DNA from: Mycobacteriales bacterium | GTDB taxonomy: Bacteria > Actinomycetota > Actinomycetes > Mycobacteriales > QHCA01 | NCBI GenBank assembly: GCA_038276285.1 | Contig: JBBPZR010000119.1 | Span: 6,943 to 70,942 of the forward strand | Direction: 5' to 3' | DNA: 64,000 nt | Shown: positions 54,262 to 63,251 of the stretch, piece by piece | Numbering within the stretch: the stretch's first letter is position 1 | Layout: each line of letters begins with the position of its first letter | The notes under the pieces: generated by a model | The model's input: only the letters and a program-made list of their open reading frames with translations | What the model was told of the DNA's origin: nothing | Databases searched by the model: none | Program-made: the position numbers and the translations under genes

Positions 54262-54732
54262 TCAGCTCGTCGGGAAGGGTGACGGCGAGAAGAAGTCCGT
54301 GGGAAATTGCGTCGGGAAGTGAGACACAACGGTCACCGCCGCGGCGATAAATAGGAGCCAGATGACGACCAGCACCACGAAAATCAAGGTGAAGACGATC
54401 CCGAGGATGAGGCCGGCCAAGGCCATGCCGTCGCCCTGCTCGCCGGTCTGCTTGATCTGGCGCCGGGCGATGATGCCGCATATGATGCCGGCCGGTGCGA
54501 ACACGAAGGCGGTGACCAGCGCGATGATCGCCAGGGTGTTCGTCGGCCGCGGGGGCGGCACGGGAGAGTAGCCGCCGTAGGGCGGCGGGCCGGGTGGCTG
54601 TCCGTACGGTGGGCCGGGTGGCTGTCCGTACGGTGGACCGGGCGGCTGGCCATACGGTGGGCCGGGTGGCGGCCCTGGCGGCGGCCCTCCTGGCGGATCC
54701 TGCGGCGGACCCTGCGGCGGTCCCGGCTGCAT
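54262..54732 (-). CDS. DUF4190-like Pro-rich membrane protein
   Basis: 156 aa. N-terminal PPGPPYGQ repeats, then RPTNTLAIIALVTAFVFAPAGIICGIIARRQIKQTGEQGDGMALAGLILG and a further TM helix. Confidence 0.8.
   Translation of the reverse strand: MQPGPPQGPPQDPPGGPPPGPPPGPPYGQPPGPPYGQPPGPPYGQPPGPPPYGGYSPVPPPRPTNTLAIIALVTAFVFAPAGIICGIIARRQIKQTGEQGDGMALAGLILGIVFTLIFVVLVVIWLLFIAAAVTVVSHFPTQFPTDFFSPSPFPTS
54587..54658 (-). repeat. In-frame tandem repeat, 3 x 24 bp (encodes PPGPPYGQ x3)
   Basis: 54587-54610 is identical to 54611-54634. The third unit has 5 substitutions. Confidence 0.9.
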
Positions 54733-54841
54733 CGTCTGTGCCTCCCGTGAGTTGATTCACACTAGCGAACCCGGACCCGCCCTCACCCGGCAGCACGCGC
54801 GATACTTCGCGATGACAGGACTCAAGCCGATCGGAGTCAGC

Positions 54842-56041
54842 ATGGCGCGGCTCGCCCAGACCGAAGGTCTCACCGACATCCAGCGCGAGATTCTCTCCAC
54901 GGTGCGCAGCTTCGTCGAGAAGGAGATCCTGCCGTACGCGACCGAGCTCGAGCACAAGGACGAGTTCCCCGCGGCGATCGTCGAAGGCATGAAGGAGATG
55001 GGCCTTTTCGGCCTAATGATCGACGAGGAGTACGGCGGTCTGGGGGAGTCGCTGCTGACGTACGCGCTGGTCGTCGAGGAGCTCGCCCGAGGCTGGATGA
55101 GCATCTCCGGCATCATCAACACCCACTTCATCGTCGCGTACCTGCTGCGCCAGCACGGCACCGCCGAACAGAAGCAGCACTTCCTGCCGCGCATGGCGAC
55201 CGGTGAGATCCGTGGTGCCTTCTCGATGTCAGAGCCTGGCTGTGGCTCCGACGTCGCCGCCATCTCCACCAGGGCGGTTCGCGACGGCGACGACTGGGTG
55301 CTCAACGGGCAGAAAATGTGGATCACCAACGGACTGCGCTCCGCCGTCGTCGCGACGCTGGTCAAGACGGACACCGGCGCCGACTCGGTGTATCGCAACA
55401 TGACGGCGTTCCTGCTGGAGAAGGAGCCCGGTGCCACCAAATCCGGTGGCATCACGATCCCCGGTCACATCGAGAAGATGGGCTACAAGGGCGTCGAGTC
55501 GACGGAGATGATCCTTGCCGACCACCGGGTCCCGGCCGGTGCGGTGCTCGGTGGGGCAGATGGTGTCGGCCGCGGTTTCTACCAGATGATGGACGGCATC
55601 GAGGTCGGACGGGTCAACGTCGCGGCCCGTGGGTGCGGTGTCGCGACCCGCGCCTTCGAGCTCGGCGTGCGCTATGCCCAGCAGCGGGTCGCCTTCGGCA
55701 AGCCGATCGCGCAGCACCAGGCGATCCAGTTCAAGCTGGCGGAGATGGCGACCAAGGTCGAGGCCTCACATGCGCTGATGGTGCGCGCCGCGCGGGTCAA
55801 GGATGCCGGTGAGCGCAACGACCTCGAGGCGGGGATGGCCAAGTACCTATCGGCCGAGTTCTGCAAGGAGGTCGTGGAGGACTCGTTCCGGATCCATGGC
55901 GGCTACGGCTACACCATCGAGTACGAGATCGAGCGCCTCTACCGTGAGGCGCCGATGCTGCTCATCGGCGAGGGCACGGCCGAGATCCAGAAGATGATCA
56001 TCGGCCGGCGGCTGCTGGAGGAGTATCAGCTCAAGCAGTGA
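54842..56041 (+). CDS. Acyl-CoA dehydrogenase
   Basis: ATG 54842, 399 aa. ACAD blocks (GAFSMSEPGCGSD, WITNG, QRVAFGKPI, YEGT-like IGEGTAEIQ). Confidence 0.9.
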   Translation: MARLAQTEGLTDIQREILSTVRSFVEKEILPYATELEHKDEFPAAIVEGMKEMGLFGLMIDEEYGGLGESLLTYALVVEELARGWMSISGIINTHFIVAYLLRQHGTAEQKQHFLPRMATGEIRGAFSMSEPGCGSDVAAISTRAVRDGDDWVLNGQKMWITNGLRSAVVATLVKTDTGADSVYRNMTAFLLEKEPGATKSGGITIPGHIEKMGYKGVESTEMILADHRVPAGAVLGGADGVGRGFYQMMDGIEVGRVNVAARGCGVATRAFELGVRYAQQRVAFGKPIAQHQAIQFKLAEMATKVEASHALMVRAARVKDAGERNDLEAGMAKYLSAEFCKEVVEDSFRIHGGYGYTIEYEIERLYREAPMLLIGEGTAEIQKMIIGRRLLEEYQLKQ

Positions 56042-56069
56042 CGCTGGAGGTGGCACCCGACGACGGGAT

Positions 56070-56582
56070 GTGGCGATGCGGTTCGGCCGGTATTACGAGG
56101 AGTTCGAGATCGGTGCGACCTACCGGCACTGGCCCGGCAAGACTGTCACCGAATACGACGACCACCTCTTCTGTCTGCTGACGATGAACCACCATCCGCT
56201 GCACCTCGACGCCCACTACGCGGAGACCTCGACCGACTTCGGGCGCAACGTGGTGGTCGGCAACTACATCTACTCCCTGCTCCTCGGAATGTCCGTGCCC
56301 GACATCAGCGGCAAGGCGATCGCCAATCTCGAGGTGGAGTCCTTGCGCCATGTCGCGCCGACCTTTCACGGGGACACGATCTACGGCGAGACCACCGTAC
56401 TCGACAAGACAGCGTCCAGATCCAAGGACGATCGCGGTGTCGTCCAGGTCGAGACCAAGGGCTACAACCAGGACGGCACGCTGGTCTGCGTGTTCCGACG
56501 CAAGGTGATGGTGCCGAAACGGGCGTACGGGGATCTGCGCGGCGGCGAGCAGCCCGGCCGGCCCGAGTTGCGAGAGAGATGA
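56070..56582 (+). CDS. MaoC-like (R)-specific enoyl-CoA hydratase/dehydratase
   Basis: Hot-dog fold pattern (FEIGATYRHWPGKTVTEYDDHLFCLLTMNHHPLHLD...GDTIYGETTVLDK...VVQVET). Confidence 0.85.
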   Translation: MAMRFGRYYEEFEIGATYRHWPGKTVTEYDDHLFCLLTMNHHPLHLDAHYAETSTDFGRNVVVGNYIYSLLLGMSVPDISGKAIANLEVESLRHVAPTFHGDTIYGETTVLDKTASRSKDDRGVVQVETKGYNQDGTLVCVFRRKVMVPKRAYGDLRGGEQPGRPELRER

Positions 56583-56655
56583 TAGTGCGACGGCGTAGCG
56601 TGGGGCGTGATCTCGGCGGGTATGCCAGGCGTCGAGTCGTCTCGGAGGAGGCCCG

Positions 56656-56850
56656 GTGAAGTTCCTCGTCTTGCTCTTGGTGATCGTGCTCATCCTCGTG
56701 ATCGGGTGGTTCGCCTTCGGCAACTCGGCCCCGATGCGACCGACACGCCGAATCGTCCGGCGCCCGCCGGCCCGGCGCGTCGTCCGTCGCCGGAGCACAG
56801 TGGTGGAAGACGCCCCCGACGTCATCGAGGAACGCCGCATCGTCGAATAG
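56656..56850 (+). CDS. Small single-TM protein with Arg-rich tail
   Basis: GTG 56656 follows GGAGGAGG. MKFLVLLLVIVLILVIGWFAF, then RRIVRRPPARRVVRRR. Confidence 0.5.
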   Translation: MKFLVLLLVIVLILVIGWFAFGNSAPMRPTRRIVRRPPARRVVRRRSTVVEDAPDVIEERRIVE

Positions 56851-56857
56851 CGCCACG

Positions 56858-57496
56858 ATGAGTGTCCTTCCCAGTTGCCCCCGCTGCGACCTCCCGGTCC
56901 GCCCGCCGGGCCTGATGTCGAGCGACTGGCGCTGCGATATCCACGGCGCGGTCTATCCGTACCACGTCTTCTCGACCGTCGGGCTGGAGGCGATCGACCA
57001 CGTCACCCGCCACGCCGACGTGCCGGTCTGGGTGCCCATCCCGTTGCTAGCGGGATGGATGGTGACCGGCGCCGCCTACGCCGGCGACGAGCGCACCGGC
57101 GGAATGGCCACCGCGCTGGCCTGCTCGGGACCGGCGCCGCTCGGCGGGGTCGCCGACATGTTGCTCGTGGCCGAGGAACCCGGTGTCGGGCTCGGCGCTC
57201 GCTACGCCGGGATGGCCGGGCCCGATCCCGGCCCGGAGGTCACCGAACTGCCTCACGTCAAGGTCCTCGTGGCCGGCCATCCCACCCCGCTGTGGTCGCT
57301 GCCGGTCGGAGCGGAACAGTGCGCGTACGTGGGCGAGGCCAAGGGCCGGTGGCTGTGGGCGATCCTCTGGCCGGCGCACGCCGGCTACATCTTCGTCGAG
57401 CACGTGGAACTGCAGGATCTGCGGGAGGAGACGCCCGGCCGCCTGCTTTTCGGTGCACCGTCGCCGTACCTGCGCCAGGCCTCCCCGCCCACCTGA
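56858..57496 (+). CDS. Conserved actinobacterial hypothetical protein with N-terminal CxxC...CxxH zinc-ribbon-like motif
   Basis: 212 aa. CPRCDLPVRPPGLMSSDWRCDIHG followed by a globular domain. Confidence 0.65.
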   Translation: MSVLPSCPRCDLPVRPPGLMSSDWRCDIHGAVYPYHVFSTVGLEAIDHVTRHADVPVWVPIPLLAGWMVTGAAYAGDERTGGMATALACSGPAPLGGVADMLLVAEEPGVGLGARYAGMAGPDPGPEVTELPHVKVLVAGHPTPLWSLPVGAEQCAYVGEAKGRWLWAILWPAHAGYIFVEHVELQDLREETPGRLLFGAPSPYLRQASPPT

Positions 57497-57576
57497 CCCG
57501 GTCTCGCCGCCCCGACCCGCTCTCGACTCGGTACCCCGACCCTCTCGCGACCCGATCCCCCTCTCGTTCGGCACGC

Positions 57577-57625
57577 GTTCTGTGTGCACGCGCGCCGAAT
57601 CAATCGGCGTGTTTGCACACAGAAC
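57577..57625. terminator. Compound hairpin between convergent genes (candidate bidirectional terminator)
   Basis: GTTCTGTGTGCA-cgcg-CGCCGA-atcaa-TCGGCG-tgtt-TGCACACAGAAC. It has 12-bp outer and 6-bp inner perfect stems but no U-tract. Confidence 0.5.
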
Positions 57626-57666
57626 CGGGGAAGGGGCGGGGCGGGCGGGGCGGCCCGAATGGTCGA

Positions 57667-59001
57667 TCAGTGCGCGGTTGCTGAGGTGAACGCGAAGTGT
57701 GCCAGGCGTACGGCGGGCGCCGCGGTCGCGCCGAAGAAGGCGTCGCTCGCCACCTGGACGCGATCACCAACAGCCTCCACATGCGACAGTGCGCCGAGGA
57801 TCGACTGGGTGAAGCGCAGGTTGTGCACACCGCAGACGATGTGGCCGCCCTCGATGAGGAAGGTGCCGTCACGGGTCATCCCCGTGATCGTCGTATGCAG
57901 GGGATGCACGACGTTGGTGTAGTGGAAGCGGGTCACGTACAGCCCTCGCTCGCAACCAGCCACCAAGTCGTCCAGGCTGGCCCCGCCGGGCGCCATGACA
58001 ATGTGCGCGGGGACCGGGCCGTAGGGGTTCGGCGGGGGCAGGGCATGGCCGGTCGAAGTGGTGCCCGCCACGGCGGCGGTCGACCGGTCGTGGCCGACGC
58101 CCCGGGCGATGCCGCGCTCGATCAGTGGTAACCGGCGCTTCGGGGTGCCCTCTGCGTCGAACGGCACGCCGGCCAGCAGCGGCGAGAGGGGGTCGTCGAT
58201 GATCGTGACCTGCTCCGAGCACACCTGCTCGCCGAGCCGGCCGGTCAGGGCCGAAGATCCATCGTTGAAGTCCTTGCCGCCGAAGGCTAGATAGTCCAGA
58301 AACTGGGCGAGCACCTCGGTGGCACCGGGCTCGAGCACGACCGCCCAGGTGCCGGGCGCGATGTCACGTGGGTGCCGGCCGAGCGCGACTTTAGCCGACG
58401 CTCGCGCACCCAGCCGGTGGAAGTCCAGCGCCGACACGCTGGTCCCCGAGGCCTCGGCGTGCCCGGTGCTGTCCTCGCCGCTGGCCAGGATGCTCGCACC
58501 GGCCGATGTCCCGGCGTGGGATCCGGCCAGCCCCAGCGAGTTGGCGATCGCCCGCTCGACGCGGCCGCACTGCACGTAGCCCGCGCCGAGCACGCCCTCG
58601 GGAAGCTGGGCGAGCATGTCGGCCACCGCACTGGCTCGCTCATCGGCGCAATAGCGCGCCGTCTCCTCGTCGTCGCGGCCGGCGCTGGAATAGGACTGGC
58701 CACCGGCCGGCATCCCGGCGTACCGCGGATCCGGGGGCCTGGCCCGGGCGATCGCGCGAGCCTGCTCTGCCGTACGCCGGATCGCCCCCGGCTCGAGCTC
58801 ACTCGTCACCGCCACGCCGATTCGCGAGCCGTCGACCACGACCCGAACGCGGGCCTCACCGTCGACGCGGGCGACGTTCTGGTGCACCCGCGAGTCGGCG
58901 AACCGCGTGAGCGCGCTGTCCGATCGTGACAGCGCCACCTCGACGGCATCGCACCCGTCGAGGTGCAGCGCGGCGTCGGCCAGCTCGAGCAAGGGCGGCA
59001 T
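57667..59001 (-). CDS. pmbA: PmbA/TldE-family metalloprotease component
   Basis: ATG 59001 shares one nucleotide with the tldD stop. 444 aa with TldD/PmbA family blocks (VLEPGATEVL, FDAEGTPKRR, LYVTRFHYTNVVHP). Confidence 0.85.
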   Translation of the reverse strand: MPPLLELADAALHLDGCDAVEVALSRSDSALTRFADSRVHQNVARVDGEARVRVVVDGSRIGVAVTSELEPGAIRRTAEQARAIARARPPDPRYAGMPAGGQSYSSAGRDDEETARYCADERASAVADMLAQLPEGVLGAGYVQCGRVERAIANSLGLAGSHAGTSAGASILASGEDSTGHAEASGTSVSALDFHRLGARASAKVALGRHPRDIAPGTWAVVLEPGATEVLAQFLDYLAFGGKDFNDGSSALTGRLGEQVCSEQVTIIDDPLSPLLAGVPFDAEGTPKRRLPLIERGIARGVGHDRSTAAVAGTTSTGHALPPPNPYGPVPAHIVMAPGGASLDDLVAGCERGLYVTRFHYTNVVHPLHTTITGMTRDGTFLIEGGHIVCGVHNLRFTQSILGALSHVEAVGDRVQVASDAFFGATAAPAVRLAHFAFTSATAH

Positions 59002-60461
59002 CAGTGCACGCCGACCGTGGCGCGGAACCGACCCGTCGGCGCTCCATGCGCCACCCGCGCCACCTGGCCCGGCTGTCCCTTGCCGCAGTTCGGCACGCCC
59101 CACACGGTCCAGTCGCCGCGCCCGCCGAGCGCATCGCAGGAACGCCAGAAGTCCAGGCACCGGCCGGCGTAGGTGCCGTTGCGGTAGAGCCGGCCGCGCT
59201 GCCCGCCGCGTACTTCGTAGGCCACCTCGCAGCCGAACTGGAAGTTGTCGCGCCGATCGTCGATCGACCACGAGCGGTTGGTTAGCAGGAGCACGCCGTC
59301 GGCCGTGTCGGCGACCAGATCGGTGAGCCCGGCGTCAGGATCCGGCCCCGGGTGCAGCGACACGTTGTTCATCCGTACCAAGGGGATCGTCCCCCAGGAA
59401 TCGGCCCGCGCGGTGCCGTTGGAGCGCTCGCCCAGCACCGAGGCCGTCTCCCGGTTGGACAGGAAGCCCACGAGCGTGCCGTCGGCGATGATCGGCGAGC
59501 TGTGCGCCGGTACGCCCTCGTCGTCGAAGCCGAACGTGCCCATCGCGCCCGGTGTGGTCGCGTCGGCGGTCACGCTGACCAGCGGCGAGCCGTAGCGCAG
59601 GCTGCCGCGATCGGAGACCTTGACAAAGGAGGTGCCGGCGAAGGCGCGTTCCATTCCCATGATCCGGTCCAGCTCGGTGGCGTGCCCGATCGACTCGTGC
59701 ACCTGCAGGGCCAGCTGGCTCGAGCCGAGCAGCAGCACCGCGTCCTCGCGAAAGGGCAGGTCGGGTGCGTCGAGCAGCAGGACGGCTTCGCGCGCGTGCT
59801 CGAACGCGTGCCCGGGCAGATCGAGGGCGAGCACCGACTCCCAGCCACCGGTGACGAACTGCCCGCGGAAGGAGTTCGGGTACGACCGGCGCTGCACCTC
59901 GCCACCGCCGACGGCGTAGGCGGCCAGCCCCCCGCCGACCTGCACGACCGTCTGGTCGACGCGGGCGCCGTCGGTGGAGCGGAACACGGAGCCGCGCCGC
60001 CAGGCATCGGTGGACACCTCGACCCAGGACAGCCCGGCCACCTCGCGGGCCGCCGCCGCCGCCGCGAGGAGAAGGTCGATCTTCTCGCTCAGTGGCACCT
60101 CGAGCGGATCCCGCTCGTACGGCGTGACGTAACCGCCCTGCGCCGGTGGGGTGTCGTCGAGGACCACCCGGTCGCCGCTCCGGACTCGCCCGCTGGCCCG
60201 AGCGATGTCATGGGCCCGCCGGGCCGCGCCATCGATCGATGCCGGATCGCTGACAGAGGTCGCCGAGAAGCCCCAGGCGCCGTCGACTAGCACCCGGATG
60301 CCCACCCCCCGCGTGGTCTCACGCGAGACTCCCTCGACCCGGGCATCGCGTACATCGACCGACTCGAACTCCTCCCGGACCGCCCGTACGTCGGCGTACT
60401 CGACACCAGGCAGGCCGCGAATCGACTGGAGCCCGACCTCGGCTTGCTCGCCCAAGTCCAT
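59001..60461 (-). CDS. tldD: TldD-family metalloprotease
   Basis: 486 aa. HExxxH-type site (VHESIGHATELDR) and the TldD C-terminal domain. Confidence 0.88.
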   Translation of the reverse strand: MDLGEQAEVGLQSIRGLPGVEYADVRAVREEFESVDVRDARVEGVSRETTRGVGIRVLVDGAWGFSATSVSDPASIDGAARRAHDIARASGRVRSGDRVVLDDTPPAQGGYVTPYERDPLEVPLSEKIDLLLAAAAAAREVAGLSWVEVSTDAWRRGSVFRSTDGARVDQTVVQVGGGLAAYAVGGGEVQRRSYPNSFRGQFVTGGWESVLALDLPGHAFEHAREAVLLLDAPDLPFREDAVLLLGSSQLALQVHESIGHATELDRIMGMERAFAGTSFVKVSDRGSLRYGSPLVSVTADATTPGAMGTFGFDDEGVPAHSSPIIADGTLVGFLSNRETASVLGERSNGTARADSWGTIPLVRMNNVSLHPGPDPDAGLTDLVADTADGVLLLTNRSWSIDDRRDNFQFGCEVAYEVRGGQRGRLYRNGTYAGRCLDFWRSCDALGGRGDWTVWGVPNCGKGQPGQVARVAHGAPTGRFRATVGVH

Positions 60462-60566
60462 CAGCGCACCCTAGACGCGCGGCGTGGTGAGAGGTGTCCT
60501 GTTGCTCGACGGGGTACAAATAGGCGGACGTATTGGGCGGTTGGAGTCAAAGGAGCGCGGCAGGCC

Positions 60567-60722
60567 GTGGTTAAGAAGGTGATCGGCTGGTTGGTGGTGG
60601 CGTTCCTGGTCTTCTACCTGCTCAGCCAGCCCGTCGAGGCCGCTAAGGCGGTCAAGGGAGCCGGCAACGGCCTCTCGCACGCCGCCACGCAACTCGCGCA
60701 GTTCTTCACGCACCTCACCTAA
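60567..60722 (+). CDS. Small membrane protein (51 aa)
   Basis: GTG 60567 lies 11 nt after AAAGGAG. VVKKVIGWLVVAFLVFYLLSQPVEAAKAVKGAG... Confidence 0.55.
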   Translation: MVKKVIGWLVVAFLVFYLLSQPVEAAKAVKGAGNGLSHAATQLAQFFTHLT

Positions 60723-60736
60723 GACGAGGTGGAGTC

Positions 60737-61351
60737 TTGCCGGCGGTGAGTTGGCGGTTCGAGCCAGGCGCTCGGTACGTCCTGCCGACGGGCGAACCGG
60801 TCGCGGTCAACCGGCGCCTGCACTGGGTGCTTCTGATCCCCTCCTTCCTGGCGGCGCTGGCCGCGCTGTTCGTGGCCGGCTACCTCACCGGTCAGATGGC
60901 CGACCACTCGGGTCCACTCGACGACATCATCTGGATCTTGGCGCTATTCATGGTGGCGCGCCTGGTGTGGCGGGTCCTCGAGTGGAACCACGACCGCTTC
61001 ATCGTGACCTCGCGCCGGGTCATGCTGGTCACTGGCCTGCTCGGCCGGCGGGTCGCCATGATGCCGCTGATCAGGGTCACCGACATGACCTATCAGCAGA
61101 GCCTGTTGGGCCGGATGTTCGGCTGGGGCACATTCATTCTCGAGTCGGCGGGTCAGGACCAGGCCCTGCGTACGATCGACTGGCTTCCCTCCCCGGATCA
61201 GCTGTATCAGACCGTCTGCCGCCTGATGTTTGACTCCGGAGCATTCGAAGGCGAGACGCCGCCGCTGCGGACACCCCCGGACCTGGTGCCACCATCACCG
61301 GATTCTGAGGTGGGCCCGGAGCTGGACGGTTCGCAGCGGGAGGTCCTCTGA
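60737..61351 (+). CDS. Membrane-anchored bacterial PH-domain (bPH_2/YdbT-like) protein
   Basis: Two TM helices, then DRFIVTSRRVMLVTGLLGRRVAMMPLIRVTDMTYQQSLLGRMFGWGTFILESAG. Start is TTG 60737 or GTG 60746. Confidence 0.75.
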   Translation: MPAVSWRFEPGARYVLPTGEPVAVNRRLHWVLLIPSFLAALAALFVAGYLTGQMADHSGPLDDIIWILALFMVARLVWRVLEWNHDRFIVTSRRVMLVTGLLGRRVAMMPLIRVTDMTYQQSLLGRMFGWGTFILESAGQDQALRTIDWLPSPDQLYQTVCRLMFDSGAFEGETPPLRTPPDLVPPSPDSEVGPELDGSQREVL

Positions 61352-61391
61352 CGGTGCCCTGACCGTCTCGCCGCCAGCATCCGGAGGCCTC

Positions 61392-62264
61392 CTGCGCATC
61401 GACCTGCACACCCATTCCACGGCCAGCGACGGGACCCTGTCGCCGGCTGAGCTAACGCGGGAGGCGGCGGCAGCCGGCCTCGACGTCGTCGCGCTGACCG
61501 ACCATGACACCACCCAGGGCTGGGCTGAGGCGGCGGAAGCACTGCCGCCTGGCGTGTCGCTAGTGCGCGGCGCGGAGTGGTCCTGCCGGGCCGATGCCCT
61601 GCCCGGAGAGGACCCGGCCGGGGCGATCAGCCTTCACCTGCTGGCCTATCTGTTCGATCCGGAGGCACCTGAGTTGGCCACGGAGCTGCGCCGGATCAAG
61701 GACGACCGGCTGCGCCGCGGGCGGCGGATGGTCGACCTGCTGGTGGCCGATGGCTACGACGTGTCGTGGGACGAGGTGGTGGCCGACGCCGCCGGTGGCA
61801 CGGTGGGCCGCCCGCATCTCGCGCGGGCACTCGTGCGGCATGGCTACGTTGCCGACATGGACGCCGCCTTCGGTCCGGAGTGGCTGGCCTCGGGCAGCCG
61901 CTACTGGGCCGAGAAGTACGAGACCGAAGCAGCGGCCGCGATCGGGATGGTGCGGGCGGCCGGCGGAGTGGCGGTGATCGCCCATCCGCGGGCCAGCACG
62001 CGGGGCCGCGTCGTCAGCGATGCGGCGCTCGCCGTGCTGGCCCGCGCCGGGATGGCGGGCCTGGAGGTCGCTCACAAGGACCACACCGCCGAAGACCGGC
62101 GCCACCTGTCGGGCCTGGCCGCCGACCTCGGCCTGCTCGTGACCGGCTCGAGCGACTTCCATGGCAGCGACAAGAGCATCGGTCTCGGCGCTCATGTGAC
62201 CGATCCGGCGGCCTACGCGGCCCTCGTGGCACCCGCGACCGGATGCCCGGTGATCACCGGATGA
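61392..62264 (+). CDS. PHP-domain metal-dependent phosphoesterase (start codon unresolved)
   Basis: RIDLHTHSTASDGT, ALTDHDT and HP...D motifs. No ATG/GTG/TTG lies in frame between TTG 61230 and the RIDLH motif. CTG 61392 follows GGAGG. Confidence 0.7.
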   Translation: MRIDLHTHSTASDGTLSPAELTREAAAAGLDVVALTDHDTTQGWAEAAEALPPGVSLVRGAEWSCRADALPGEDPAGAISLHLLAYLFDPEAPELATELRRIKDDRLRRGRRMVDLLVADGYDVSWDEVVADAAGGTVGRPHLARALVRHGYVADMDAAFGPEWLASGSRYWAEKYETEAAAAIGMVRAAGGVAVIAHPRASTRGRVVSDAALAVLARAGMAGLEVAHKDHTAEDRRHLSGLAADLGLLVTGSSDFHGSDKSIGLGAHVTDPAAYAALVAPATGCPVITG

Positions 62265-62881
62265 TCAGCTCCGCCAACCTCCGGTTCTTCGGCGAGGCGT
62301 TCGTCACGCTGTTCGTCATCATGGACCCGGCCGGCACGGTGCCGGTCTTCCTTGCCCTGACCGCCGGCCGCACGGCCCGCGTGCGTACCCGGGCGTCGTG
62401 GCAGGCCGTGCTGGTGTCCCTCGGCGTGATCTCGTCGTTCGCGGTGTTCGGGCAGGCGATCCTGCGGTACCTCGGCATCGGGATTCCCGCGCTTCAGGGC
62501 GCGGGCGGCCTGTTGCTGCTGCTCGTGGCGCTGCAACTTCTCACCGGCCAGGCCGAGCATCCCGCCAGCATCGACGACGTCAACATCGCGCTGGTTCCCC
62601 TCGGCACGCCGCTGCTGGCCGGGCCCGGTGCCATCGTCGCGACGATCGTCTTCGTACGCCGAGCCGACGGTGTCGGTGGGATCGTCGCTCTGGCGGCGGC
62701 CATCATCGCCGTGCACCTCGCTTTGTTCCTGTCCCTGCGCTTCTCCGGCGTCATCATCCGGGTGGTCCGGGAGAGCGGCATCGTCCTGGTCACGCGGATC
62801 GCTGGCCTGCTGCTATCGGCCATAGCCGTACAACTCATCGCATCTGGCGTCTTGGGCTTCGTCCGCGCCGCTCAGGCTTGA
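62261..62881 (+). CDS. MarC-family integral membrane protein
   Basis: ATGA overlap. FVTLFVIMDPAGTVPVFLALT, 6 TM helices. Confidence 0.85.
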   Translation: MISSANLRFFGEAFVTLFVIMDPAGTVPVFLALTAGRTARVRTRASWQAVLVSLGVISSFAVFGQAILRYLGIGIPALQGAGGLLLLLVALQLLTGQAEHPASIDDVNIALVPLGTPLLAGPGAIVATIVFVRRADGVGGIVALAAAIIAVHLALFLSLRFSGVIIRVVRESGIVLVTRIAGLLLSAIAVQLIASGVLGFVRAAQA

Positions 62882-63216
62882 TCGGGGGTACCTTCCTTGC
62901 CGTGACCGCGGGGATCACAGGGGATGACCGACCTTCCCTGACCCGGCGCGTGGTCTTCTCGGTCGGTCTCGTGGCGGCCTTGGTGATCTTTGCGGGGATC
63001 GTGTTGGCACTCACCTCCGAGACGCCGCAGAACCCAGTGCTGCAGAACCCGGTGGCGTCACACCTCTTCACTGCCGCTCGCTGGCTGGCCGACCCCTTCC
63101 GGCACGCCGTCCCGCGGCAGGATCCCAAGCAGGACATCGCGCTGAACTGGGGGCTGGCCGGCGGCACGTATTTCTTCGTCGGGGTCTTCCTCTCGCGGAC
63201 GCTGACCGGCCAGTAG
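62878..63216 (+). CDS. Small membrane protein, function unknown
   Basis: TTGA overlap start (alternative GTG 62902). Two hydrophobic helices (VVFSVGLVAALVIFAGIVLAL; GLAGGTYFFVGVFL). Confidence 0.45.
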   Translation: MIGGTFLAVTAGITGDDRPSLTRRVVFSVGLVAALVIFAGIVLALTSETPQNPVLQNPVASHLFTAARWLADPFRHAVPRQDPKQDIALNWGLAGGTYFFVGVFLSRTLTGQ

Positions 63217-63251
63217 CGTTGCCCGAGGTGGAGCAACTCGGGCTCGGCGGG

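Noticed and set aside
57627-57650. The G-quadruplex motif as a stand-alone regulatory element
   Set aside because: G-runs of this kind are frequent in 70% GC genomes. I kept it only as part of the description of the structured spacer.
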